Part shown: positions 10,333 through 18,506 of the stretch, in pieces
Numbering within the stretch: position 1 is the stretch's first letter
Layout: every line of letters starts with the position of its first letter
From: a virus
Lineage: Duplodnaviria > Caudoviricetes
Length of the DNA: 53,022 bases
Virus record (IMG/VR): IMGVR_UViG_3300026551_000003
Coordinates: 1 to 53,022 of that record
Direction: 5' to 3' (one strand)
The notes under the pieces: model-generated
Told to the model about the DNA's origin: nothing
The model's input: the letters and a program-made list of their open reading frames with translations, nothing else
The model's database searches: none
Program-made: the position numbers and the translations under genes

Positions 10333-11202
10333 ATGACAGTACTAGTACCAGACGTAAGTGAGTTCCAGTCGCCTGCGTCAGGCAACGCACCAAACTGGTC
10401 GTTGATTAAGGATCAGAACGGAGGAGCTGCGATCATTCGCGTCGGGTATGGTAACGACCATCTCGACAGGATGCTCGTGTCGAACCGATCAACGATCAAG
10501 TCGCTCAACTACACGTTCTGCGGTCTCTACCAATACCTGCGAGCGGATCAAGATCCAGTTACGCAAGCAGGCATGTTCATCAACTGGATCGGACCAGATC
10601 TCAACAAGGGCGAGATTCCTATACTCGACCTGGAGGAGGGATCAGGAAATCAGTCACTACGAGCTGAGATCTGGTTCGGTATTATCGATGCCTTCTACGG
10701 GCTCGATCAGCTTCCACTCAACCAACGGTCGTGGCTGTACAGCTACGCAGTGTTCGTTAGCGATCACAACCTCGGTGGCATCTTCGCATCTCCAAGGCGA
10801 ACGTGGATCGCTGCATACCAGTCCACGGAGCCGACGATCGGACATACGCTCTGGCAGAGCACCGACGGACAGTTCGGCGTTAACGTCGTCAGCTGGAGTG
10901 GATGTGGAAGAGTCGACACGTCGATCTACCACGGCGACCTTCCAACCCTAGGAGCGATGGGCTGGCAACCTACTAGCCCTACTCCTACTCTGCCAACTAC
11001 ATCTAAGAAAGAGGTAGACATGCTTCACATCAAAGTCACCGCACCCGCCGGCCACGTCTGGACGGGAACGCGTACGTTCCTCTGGTCACCAGGGTCGGCA
11101 CCCTCGCACATCATCGACGGTGCTACGGAAGGTGCAGTCGAAGCAGTCATGGCCGCTGTCGTCGTGTCGTGGGGTCAGTACCTGGCCTGGGGCGGATCCT
11201 GA
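10333..11202 (+). CDS. Endolysin, GH25 muramidase
   Basis: DVSEFQ N-terminal motif, LDLEE catalytic DxE, WIAAY and LWQ; Pro/Thr linker then a small C-terminal domain. Confidence 0.92.
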   Translation: MTVLVPDVSEFQSPASGNAPNWSLIKDQNGGAAIIRVGYGNDHLDRMLVSNRSTIKSLNYTFCGLYQYLRADQDPVTQAGMFINWIGPDLNKGEIPILDLEEGSGNQSLRAEIWFGIIDAFYGLDQLPLNQRSWLYSYAVFVSDHNLGGIFASPRRTWIAAYQSTEPTIGHTLWQSTDGQFGVNVVSWSGCGRVDTSIYHGDLPTLGAMGWQPTSPTPTLPTTSKKEVDMLHIKVTAPAGHVWTGTRTFLWSPGSAPSHIIDGATEGAVEAVMAAVVVSWGQYLAWGGS

Positions 11203-11204
11203 GC

Positions 11205-11546
11205 ATGGCAGCACGTGTCGAGACGAAGGTCACAGTTGCATCTGCTGCAACCTTCGTCTCAGGCCTGGCGCTGTGGGCGCTCGGTAAGTACGTCTTCAAG
11301 GGCGGTACGGTTCCTGACGTGCTTCAGTCGTGGATCTACGCAGCCGCACCAGCAGCTATCACGTTCCTGGCTGCCTACCGTGCACCGCACACGCACAGAC
11401 CAGATCTGCGACCACCCGAGGTACCGACGCTACCTCCGGGCTACGCTCCTCCTTCTGCAGCGCTTGCGCCGCCTAAGGAAGAGACGCTGATACCAACGGT
11501 GCCGAAGATACCAACCTCATCTCCGATAGTGCCTCCGGGCACCTAA
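11205..11546 (+). CDS. Putative holin / membrane protein with Pro-rich tail
   Basis: VETKV.. start, two hydrophobic segments, AAYRAPHTHRPDL motif; follows the endolysin. Confidence 0.65.
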   Translation: MAARVETKVTVASAATFVSGLALWALGKYVFKGGTVPDVLQSWIYAAAPAAITFLAAYRAPHTHRPDLRPPEVPTLPPGYAPPSAALAPPKEETLIPTVPKIPTSSPIVPPGT

Positions 11547-11549
11547 GAC

Positions 11550-11605
11550 TCCTAGCCGGGCCTCCGGTCGTTCCGCCACGATTGTCCCTCGAGGCCCGGC
11601 TAGGA
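11550..11605. terminator. Hairpin at the convergence of the two transcription arms
   Basis: TCCTAGCCGGGCCTC (11550-11564) pairs with GAGGCCCGGCTAGGA (11591-11605), 15 bp. Confidence 0.7.
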
Positions 11606-12124
11606 CTCTGCTTGCTCACTAGCCTCTTTGAAGATTGCTATGAGCGGCCGACGTATGCCGGGATAATGCTCTTCGCCTTTGATTGCTATCCAGGCAACCA
11701 GGTGCCTGGATGCGTCGTTGGCATGCCTCCAGGTAGTAATTGGCGTTGCGAGGATACCTAGGAGTGACAGTTTAATGTTGGTAGTCCACTCCTTCCGGTC
11801 CGATCCCGGGAGCTCCACAGGGCAGTTGGTTATGGCGCAGTACAGCTTGACTACGCCGATATATTCACGAGCCATGATCTTGGCGAACTCGTTGTCACGA
11901 TTGTCAAAACGCTCGCATATGATACGGTCGGGTTTCTGAATGTGAAGGAAGCACCAGAGCTTGAGGTGGTGGTTGCTGTTGTTTCCTATCTGACCACATT
12001 CGAAGTGGTTCTTCAGCGCTCCTTTCCAGTAGTAGATTCCTTCGCGAACTTCGAGTTCGAAGGTAGCCCAACCAGTCGTTCCACCTGGGTCAAGAGCAAG
12101 TAGTTTCACCGATTTCCCTTCCAA
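11600..12124 (-). CDS. ruvC: RuvC-like Holliday junction resolvase
   Basis: LLALDPGGTTGWA, IICERF and HANDA acidic motifs. Confidence 0.85.
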   Translation of the reverse strand: MEGKSVKLLALDPGGTTGWATFELEVREGIYYWKGALKNHFECGQIGNNSNHHLKLWCFLHIQKPDRIICERFDNRDNEFAKIMAREYIGVVKLYCAITNCPVELPGSDRKEWTTNIKLSLLGILATPITTWRHANDASRHLVAWIAIKGEEHYPGIRRPLIAIFKEASEQAES

Positions 12125-12414
12125 TTATTGCAGGGCGCACATGCTGTTTGCACATTGTACCAGCAGTGCTTGCCTCCGTTACGTACAGGTACAACGTGAT
12201 CTAGTACTATGCTAGTGAGTGCTACGTGCACCTGGCACTGCGGGCCATGAATTTGACACATACCTTCGTCGCGGCCCCAGATACATTGCCGAATTACTAT
12301 GAGCTCTCTGCACACATCGTGCTCGTGGCACAGCGCATAACCGCTGTGCATGTAGTTGCTCTTGGCTTGGTAGTCACGCCCTGTAGGTTCTAGCGCAAGG
12401 CTTATATCTATCAT
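12106..12414 (-). CDS. HNH endonuclease
   Basis: RDEGMCQ...C...LDHVVP..NGGKH...NVQTACAPCNNWK. Confidence 0.88.
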   Translation of the reverse strand: MIDISLALEPTGRDYQAKSNYMHSGYALCHEHDVCRELIVIRQCIWGRDEGMCQIHGPQCQVHVALTSIVLDHVVPVRNGGKHCWYNVQTACAPCNNWKGNR

Positions 12415-12560
12415 GGTCTACCTCAAACATTCTAATAGAGTCTAAGCTAGGAAAAAAATCCTGGGGTACTACGATACTACGTGAGTAGGGTTCCATAGGT
12501 TAGACGCTATTAGAATGCGATCTAAGCGCTGTCTCTTAAAACTCACTGATTTGAAAATTG

Positions 12561-12770
12561 TTAATCGCGAGGCCAGTCTGAAGGCCACTCCTCCCAACCT
12601 ATAGCGACGCTTGCTTCGCGCGCGACCATTGCTCCGTACATGGGAAAGGTTTTGAGCTTCTGCCCTGTTGTGTTGATCCAGTCGATCGCTGCTTGAGTCC
12701 TTGCAGCGTGATCTGCAGGCGTTAGTACTTCTACGTCCCTCTGTGACTCTGGCCACCTAGGCTTCTTCAT
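12561..12770 (-). CDS. Hypothetical protein
   Basis: RBS AAAGGA; overlaps the upstream gene end. Confidence 0.6.
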   Translation of the reverse strand: MKKPRWPESQRDVEVLTPADHAARTQAAIDWINTTGQKLKTFPMYGAMVAREASVAIGWEEWPSDWPRD

Positions 12771-13080
12771 TTGCTAGTTCCTTTCTGATCTCGTCGGCCT
12801 CTGCTTGGAGGTCTTCTATTCTGGCTTCAATCACTGCGAGCCGTGCCTGTGGAGATTTAGCGTCTCCCCGGGTCCGGAGGACTAGGTTGGAAGGTTCCAA
12901 GTTCGAACGGTCGTTGTCTAGGAACTTGACGAACTCGTTCTTCTCCAACCTCCTACCTAGCTTCTCCTCCATAAGCAGGACGTGAGTGGCCACGAAGCCG
13001 CGATCTTCGGTCTTGGTGTGATGGTATCCGTTCTGGTTGACGAACGTAGTTCCTACTTCAGCTGCTTGTCCCCTAGGCAT
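12757..13080 (-). CDS. HNH-like protein with C-terminal coiled coil
   Basis: GY...H-LLME-KLGR-L...V-F-D-DR-N--PSNL; the usual VHH histidines read VKF, so it may be inactive. Confidence 0.75.
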   Translation of the reverse strand: MPRGQAAEVGTTFVNQNGYHHTKTEDRGFVATHVLLMEEKLGRRLEKNEFVKFLDNDRSNLEPSNLVLRTRGDAKSPQARLAVIEARIEDLQAEADEIRKELANEEA

Positions 13081-13088
13081 GCTTCACC

Positions 13089-13391
13089 TCAATCCCTTCT
13101 AGAGTCTGTAGGCCAAATCACTACGTCCGAGTCGCTACGCATTGCCTTCTCGTAGACGCGTCGGACTAGCTCGTCGTCCTGTGGGATGTCGTTCATAGTC
13201 TTCTTCTTGTCGCCTGTACTCCTTGCTATTTCTTCTTCGCTGTACATTCCGGTGCTGCGGAGCCATGTAGCTACTACCTCAGGGGGTGCCTTCGGACATA
13301 CGTGACCTTGATCAGCTTCACGAGCTCCGCAGTCCTCAGTGCAGTTACATAGACCACGTGTGCCTTGGCAGTAGCCGCAGTTGTAGTTCAT
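13089..13391 (-). CDS. Cys-rich hypothetical protein
   Basis: ATGA overlap with polymerase stop; CGYC...CNC-EDC...HVCP. Confidence 0.6.
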   Translation of the reverse strand: MNYNCGYCQGTRGLCNCTEDCGAREADQGHVCPKAPPEVVATWLRSTGMYSEEEIARSTGDKKKTMNDIPQDDELVRRVYEKAMRSDSDVVIWPTDSRRD

Positions 13392-15757
13392 AGCTGTCCC
13401 CAATCTGTTCCTACGGTTATGTCGACGTCGATGTTGACGTAGTCTCCGACGACTTGCTGTCCGGACTTGATCATGTAGTAGCGAAGTATGTCTGCTACCT
13501 TGTCTACGTTGTCCTTATGACACTCTGCTAGGAGGCTGTCGTGAACGATGTTACGTATCTGCGCGATGCCCTTGAGTGCAGGCCGGATCCAGGTAAATGC
13601 CTGCAGACAGATGTCCGAAGCTGTCGACTGAGGTTTGAAGGCAAGAGCCTCGTTCAGGATCTCGTGTTTATTCTCCTTCGTAATCAACCAGAAGCGACGA
13701 TGCCTACCGAACACTGTCGTGAGGTCTTCTCCAGCTAGGACAGCCTTCCTTGTCTGTTCCCTGAACTCAACGATGTTCGGGATGACGCTGAAGAACGCAC
13801 GCATGCCTCGTTGTGCTTCGGTTAGTGGCAGGTCGTATTCCTCAGCAATGCTTTTCGCTTCACGTCCATATCCGAGACCGTAAAAGTAGGCCTTGACGCG
13901 AATACGTAGTTCCTTCATCTGATACTTGTCGAGGTGACTCGTATCTCCATATAGTACCGGGGTTAGTTCGTCGAACAGGTCGCGATCGGGATCGTTGAAG
14001 ATGTCGCGTAGGTAGTCTTCCTTTGCCAACCAAGTCAGGATGCGTGCTTCGATTTGCTTGTAGTCAGCGTTGACGAAGACATTGCCAGGATGTACAGGTA
14101 CGAACTGCTTGCGAAGACGTGGCCCTCGCGTGATGTTCTGTAGGTTCGGGTTACGACAAGAAGGACGACCAGTCGTGGTCCCATGCAGAAGAAAGGTTGG
14201 GAACACACGACCCTTGTAGACGCGCTGACGTATACCCTTGACATAGGTGCCATACGACTTCGCATCCAATCTGTGCTCGGCAAGGGCTCCGAGGAAGTCG
14301 TAGTACTCTCCCCAGGGCTCCTTGCATCGTTCGATGAGTGCAGCGATGACTTCCTTGTCAGTGCAAGGTCGCCATTCACCCTGCTGGTTCCTCTTCTTCG
14401 GTACCGTAATGCCGAAGTGATCTTGGAGTACTTTGACTATTTGCAGAGGTGAGTTAGGATTGAATTCGGGCCTGCGAGAGGTGACTTGCATATCGTGTCG
14501 AAGAATTCGAAGTCGCTCGAGGTAGTAAGCAGCTAGCTCGTCGTTGTACTTGAGGTCGACACCGATACCGTTCAGCTCGACGTACATGATCTCGTTCGAT
14601 ACGCGAACTAGGAAGTCATGTAGCGCACGAAGACCAGGCTCCTTCGTCATCATTTGCGTGAATAGTTCATGCAGTGCATAAGTTGCTGCACAGTCATATG
14701 CGTTGTACTGGTACAGTACATCTCGAGGAATAGCTCCGTAGCCCTTGCCTGGAGCTAGGTATCGTTTGATGTCGTCATCGTATCTCGGCACACCGAGTAG
14801 TTCCACGGCGAGGTACTTGAGGCCATGAATTCCTCGTCGCTCGTCGAGGCAGTACGAAGCCAGCATGGTATCGAACCATAGACGTACAGCCCCGATGCGA
14901 TGGTAGAGCCCTTCAAGATCGAACTTGCCGTTCTGAGCAATGATTCGATTATGAGAACGCAGGTACTCTCCGAGTCGTGACATGACAGTAGTGTCATTAG
15001 ACGCGTTCTCGCCGAACACACAAACCTTTCCGGGTGCGTATCCGATTCCCACACAGAGAAGATGATGGCGCGAGGAGTGTTCGAAGGAGACGTCTTTGTC
15101 GATGTCACTTTCAATGTCAACTGTGACGGGGCTGCTTGGCAACTCTTCGATAGCTCGCAGCGCCATACCACGTTCGTCCACGACAAGGACCTGAGGCTCT
15201 GTCCACTCACTTGACGTCCTTAGAAGCTTGCCGAAGTCGTTTACGATCGAGGGGAAGAAGGAGTCGCCTTTCGGTCGGAGACAGGCTGCGGGATGGAACG
15301 TCGGTATGACTTGAAGTCCAAGCTCCGGTACTTCTCGTGGCGGTCCGACGCGGAGCTTCGTGATACCATCTTTAGCTCCCAAGATCGATCGTGCGGCCGA
15401 GTTACCCATAGCCACAGCCGTAGTGACTCCGCGGTCTTGTAGCTCCTGAATGAGACGGGGCCGACAGCAATGTATCGCGTTCGCACTGGGCGTTGCGTTG
15501 TCCGGAGGGCGACATAGGCAAGCATTTGTGAGAAGGGTGGCCTTGCGGTCGATGTGGTAGTGCTGGAGGATCTTGTCGAGGAGCTTACCACTGACCCCCA
15601 CAAAAGGGTGTCCCAGGCGTGCTTCGTTAGCACCAGGCGCCTCGCCCACCACAGCGAGAGTCGCTCGCGGCGGTCCATCTGAGGGAACGAACCGTCCAAT
15701 GTCATACAGATCACAGTCCTCGCAAAGTGCATCCGGATGCTTCCTAGGCTTGTCCAC
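13388..15757 (-). CDS. polA: Family A DNA polymerase with N-terminal family-4 uracil-DNA-glycosylase domain and 3'-5' exonuclease
   Basis: UDG motifs CEDC, GEAPG, CRPP and HPAA; exonuclease motifs DIES, NGKFD and YNAYD; polymerase motifs A (DYKQIEAR), B (RVKAYFYGLGYG) and C (VHDS). Confidence 0.95.
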   Translation of the reverse strand: MDKPRKHPDALCEDCDLYDIGRFVPSDGPPRATLAVVGEAPGANEARLGHPFVGVSGKLLDKILQHYHIDRKATLLTNACLCRPPDNATPSANAIHCCRPRLIQELQDRGVTTAVAMGNSAARSILGAKDGITKLRVGPPREVPELGLQVIPTFHPAACLRPKGDSFFPSIVNDFGKLLRTSSEWTEPQVLVVDERGMALRAIEELPSSPVTVDIESDIDKDVSFEHSSRHHLLCVGIGYAPGKVCVFGENASNDTTVMSRLGEYLRSHNRIIAQNGKFDLEGLYHRIGAVRLWFDTMLASYCLDERRGIHGLKYLAVELLGVPRYDDDIKRYLAPGKGYGAIPRDVLYQYNAYDCAATYALHELFTQMMTKEPGLRALHDFLVRVSNEIMYVELNGIGVDLKYNDELAAYYLERLRILRHDMQVTSRRPEFNPNSPLQIVKVLQDHFGITVPKKRNQQGEWRPCTDKEVIAALIERCKEPWGEYYDFLGALAEHRLDAKSYGTYVKGIRQRVYKGRVFPTFLLHGTTTGRPSCRNPNLQNITRGPRLRKQFVPVHPGNVFVNADYKQIEARILTWLAKEDYLRDIFNDPDRDLFDELTPVLYGDTSHLDKYQMKELRIRVKAYFYGLGYGREAKSIAEEYDLPLTEAQRGMRAFFSVIPNIVEFREQTRKAVLAGEDLTTVFGRHRRFWLITKENKHEILNEALAFKPQSTASDICLQAFTWIRPALKGIAQIRNIVHDSLLAECHKDNVDKVADILRYYMIKSGQQVVGDYVNIDVDITVGTDWGQL

Positions 15758-16529
15758 TCGCCCACCTCCACAGGGTCTCGGTGTTTTGCTGAACTAGCTC
15801 AGTGTTAAGCGAGCGGGCGTCGAGGCTGAAGTAGTTGTCAGGACGCCTAGGGCCTCTTACGTTTGTATCGATATGTATGTCGTACGCTGCGTAGACGAAT
15901 GGAGCTGACGTATCGACACTGTTGATGTTCGGGTAGCTAGACGCTTGAATGATTTCCTTAGGCCACGCGTAGGACAGGCCAAGGAGGTGGATCGGATGAG
16001 GAGCATGCTCCTCAATGTACAAGGCCGTTTTAAGTCTGATGTGCGTGTCGATCTCTTCTGATAGCCACTTGGGGAGCCCGAGAATAATGGTCTGCTCGAA
16101 CTCTTCTTCCAGCTCGAGATACTTCTTAACGCATCTCCTGAGCTGGCTCTCGTCAGCACCTTGTACGACGCCCATGAACTGTATGGGCTTAGCGGTCTCG
16201 GCAACAGCGTGGTGCATCTCCCAGATGTGCATGAAGTCGCGCGACGTCTGGATGGTTTTATCCAGATCACCCATATGATCCGGCAGAACCAGGATATCTG
16301 CATCTACCTCGTACACCATCTGAATGAGTGTCTCGTGACTAAGAGGCTTACTACCCTCCGCTTCGAAGGCGCCGTTGTCCAGCATGATCGCTACGCCATC
16401 CCTCATTCCCAGGACCTTGTAGAAGTTCCTGTAGACTGGCCCTTTCAGGCCTTCTGGAATGACCATGTGCAGAGGCTGGTCTACGATCTGGTGCAGCAGG
16501 CTCGTAGGTGGAATAAGTGCTACTTTCAT
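15744..16529 (-). CDS. dpdA: Divergent TGT-fold deazaguanine transglycosylase (DpdA-like)
   Basis: MLDNGAFE, LPD, VVQG, IHLLG and SVDTS match TGT/DpdA catalytic motifs; lies next to the que genes. Confidence 0.75.
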   Translation of the reverse strand: MKVALIPPTSLLHQIVDQPLHMVIPEGLKGPVYRNFYKVLGMRDGVAIMLDNGAFEAEGSKPLSHETLIQMVYEVDADILVLPDHMGDLDKTIQTSRDFMHIWEMHHAVAETAKPIQFMGVVQGADESQLRRCVKKYLELEEEFEQTIILGLPKWLSEEIDTHIRLKTALYIEEHAPHPIHLLGLSYAWPKEIIQASSYPNINSVDTSAPFVYAAYDIHIDTNVRGPRRPDNYFSLDARSLNTELVQQNTETLWRWASGQA

Positions 16530-16644
16530 CGTGTCTCCTAAACCAGTGTCGTCGGTACTTGGTTAGAGCCTTCTTGCCTCTACGCTTCCAGCGACATACT
16601 GGACAACGGATGTCCTTCTTTCTAGTGCGCAGCGGGGGCTTCAC
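16351..16644 (-). CDS. Possible small basic C2H2-like zinc-finger protein
   Basis: CPVC...YRRHWFRRH fills the gap 16530-16621, but the frame runs on into dpdA. Confidence 0.35.
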   Translation of the reverse strand: MKPPLRTRKKDIRCPVCRWKRRGKKALTKYRRHWFRRHDESSTYSTYEPAAPDRRPASAHGHSRRPERASLQELLQGPGNEGWRSDHAGQRRLRSGG

Positions 16645-16873
16645 CGTCTGCGATCTTCGCTCGCACTGCACAGTCCTTGGCTTCGATCAAGCGTGTGATC
16701 ATGTGCGCGACCTGCAGGTCGTTGCTCTTAATGAGGTGCAGCATATTCGCTGCGACGTCTTCGAACGGCCGTGCAACTACTTGCAGATGCAGAGGAAGAT
16801 GTGAGCAGTCGAGCCACCGGACCGCATCGATGACTGCACGGTGACGACCTTCGAGTAGGGACTTGTCGATCAT
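16622..16873 (-). CDS. Conserved small helical-hairpin phage protein
   Basis: HLPLHLQ-VARPF...RLIEAKDCAVRA motif; ATGA coupling. Confidence 0.7.
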   Translation of the reverse strand: MIDKSLLEGRHRAVIDAVRWLDCSHLPLHLQVVARPFEDVAANMLHLIKSNDLQVAHMITRLIEAKDCAVRAKIADGEAPAAH

Positions 16874-17424
16874 GACATTGCCTCCAGGGTAACGTGGTAG
16901 TTGTTGTTGATGATGAAGTTGGTCCAGTCGGCTGGCTCACACATGCGCTCGTCGCCTGGCGTGGGACGGTTCCAACCTACTATCGCGTACAGGTAGTCCC
17001 AGTACGAGGAACACACTACCTCGCCAGGGACGAGACCATGCGGCCAGGTCAGGTGGAAGAGCTTGACGTGAAGGGCTTCTAGAGTGTCTCCCCCGATAGC
17101 TTCCCAGTCGTATTTCGTACCGAGCATCTTCTGCGCGTCAGAAGCGACGAGGTAGCGCTGCGGATCAGTCCTGTTGGGCTGATTGCAGTTATTCCAGGCC
17201 ATCGGGTGGCCGATGTAGCTGCGCATGTCTACCCAGCCGACGCCTCCAGGCTTGCCCTCGAGTCCCCACGGAATGTCTCCATCCCAGTGGTGCATACCTG
17301 CGACGTGGTTATCGAGGTTCGGTTTGCCCTGTAGGGCTTCGCCGAGCTGGATGGCTTCCGCGGAGTCGCCTGAGGTGCGAATGACGAATACGTCACCGGG
17401 CTTGAGGATGCTCTTGGCCTGCAT
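16870..17424 (-). CDS. Permuted papain-like (NlpC/P60, YiiX/YaeF-type) amidase
   Basis: PGDVFV, N-terminal His (NHVA), G-KYDW, C-terminal Cys (VVCSS) and closing PAD. Confidence 0.8.
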   Translation of the reverse strand: MQAKSILKPGDVFVIRTSGDSAEAIQLGEALQGKPNLDNHVAGMHHWDGDIPWGLEGKPGGVGWVDMRSYIGHPMAWNNCNQPNRTDPQRYLVASDAQKMLGTKYDWEAIGGDTLEALHVKLFHLTWPHGLVPGEVVCSSYWDYLYAIVGWNRPTPGDERMCEPADWTNFIINNNYHVTLEAMS

Positions 17425-17719
17425 TGAATAGCTCCTTCAGTGGAATGAACCCCTGAGCGTCTGCTGCGGGATGTCTGTTACTGTGCTTGGTAGCTGCACG
17501 CTTTAGCAGGTACAGCTTGATGAAGGTGAAGCGTGCGTAGTTGGCAAGGTCGAGAACCTCCTGCATTGCCTCTTCGAGTGTGTCGGTGCTGAGAAACGCC
17601 ATCTCGCCGTACTTCTCCTGGCCCTTGGCGAGTCGCTCTTGGCAACGAGCGACGAACTCCTCGTCAGCCTTCTGCAGTAGTTCTGCCAAATCGCTCGACA
17701 TTGTGTGCTCGTTTGACAC
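17393..17719 (-). CDS. All-alpha NTP-pyrophosphohydrolase-like / nucleotide-modification-associated protein
   Basis: R---G--KYG...LEEAMQEVLDLANY acidic EExxxExxD helix. Confidence 0.6.
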   Translation of the reverse strand: MSNEHTMSSDLAELLQKADEEFVARCQERLAKGQEKYGEMAFLSTDTLEEAMQEVLDLANYARFTFIKLYLLKRAATKHSNRHPAADAQGFIPLKELFNAGQEHPQAR

Positions 17720-17946
17720 GGTAAGATGTTGATGAGGTAGATAAAGGAGTCGATTGCCTCCTCTTCAACCAAGGTCTTGAGCGCCATGGCATCGTGCGTG
17801 CCTCGTATGATCTTCTTGACGAGGTTGGCTAGCTCACCAACTTCCCCTGCGAGAGCTAGGGTGAGGAAGCCCATGTCGTAGTACAGCTCGGGGAACCACT
17901 CCTTGGTGTCCTCGATGCATTGTTTCTGGATCTCTTCGAGTGTCAT
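17503..17946 (-). CDS. mazG: MazG-like nucleotide pyrophosphohydrolase (C-terminus apparently disrupted near 17720)
   Basis: ATGA overlap with folE stop; LAGEVGELANLVKK...EEEAIDSFIYL; then reads out of frame over the next gene. Confidence 0.8.
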   Translation of the reverse strand: MTLEEIQKQCIEDTKEWFPELYYDMGFLTLALAGEVGELANLVKKIIRGTHDAMALKTLVEEEAIDSFIYLINILPCQTSTQCRAIWQNYCRRLTRSSSLVAKSDSPRARRSTARWRFSAPTHSKRQCRRFSTLPTTHASPSSSCTC

Positions 17947-18506
17947 TTGCCTATCGCTCTCATGTACTCGTCCTTGGCTGTTCGCTCGTGCATTCCGAAA
18001 ACTCCACGCATAGTAGCGGTGTACGTCGTCGTCCCTGGAGCTTGCACTCCCCTGATTGTCATGCATAGATGCTCACACTCCATGACTACCGCTACATCGT
18101 CCGTCTCGAGATGCTTCTGCAAACGGTCCGCTATGTCACAGGTCAGCTCCTCCTGCACACATAGCGCACGAGCACAGTTCTGAACCAGCCTCGGTATCTT
18201 CGAAAGGCCTACAACTCTGTCCTGTGGAATGTACCCTACGTGGGCGAACCCGCGGAAGGGAACGACGTGATGAGCGCAGAGGCTAACGACAGGAATCTGC
18301 TTGACAACGACCATGTCTCGATTCTTGGTCGGGAACGTGGTGAAGTTGAAAGGGATCGGAGTCGTCATCTCCTTGAGCATCTGAACAAAGCGCTCCGGTG
18401 TACGTTTCGAGTGAGGACTGTGCATGTCCATACCCGCGATGTCCGTAAGCAGCCTCGCTGCTAGGTCGCTCATGTTCAGCTCTACTTGACTGAGATCAAG
18501 TACCAC
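17943..18506 (-). CDS. folE: GTP cyclohydrolase I
   Basis: TPER, SLCAHHVVPF, GLSKIPR, QEELT and HLCMTIRGV. Confidence 0.96.
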   Translation of the reverse strand: MVLDLSQVELNMSDLAARLLTDIAGMDMHSPHSKRTPERFVQMLKEMTTPIPFNFTTFPTKNRDMVVVKQIPVVSLCAHHVVPFRGFAHVGYIPQDRVVGLSKIPRLVQNCARALCVQEELTCDIADRLQKHLETDDVAVVMECEHLCMTIRGVQAPGTTTYTATMRGVFGMHERTAKDEYMRAIGK

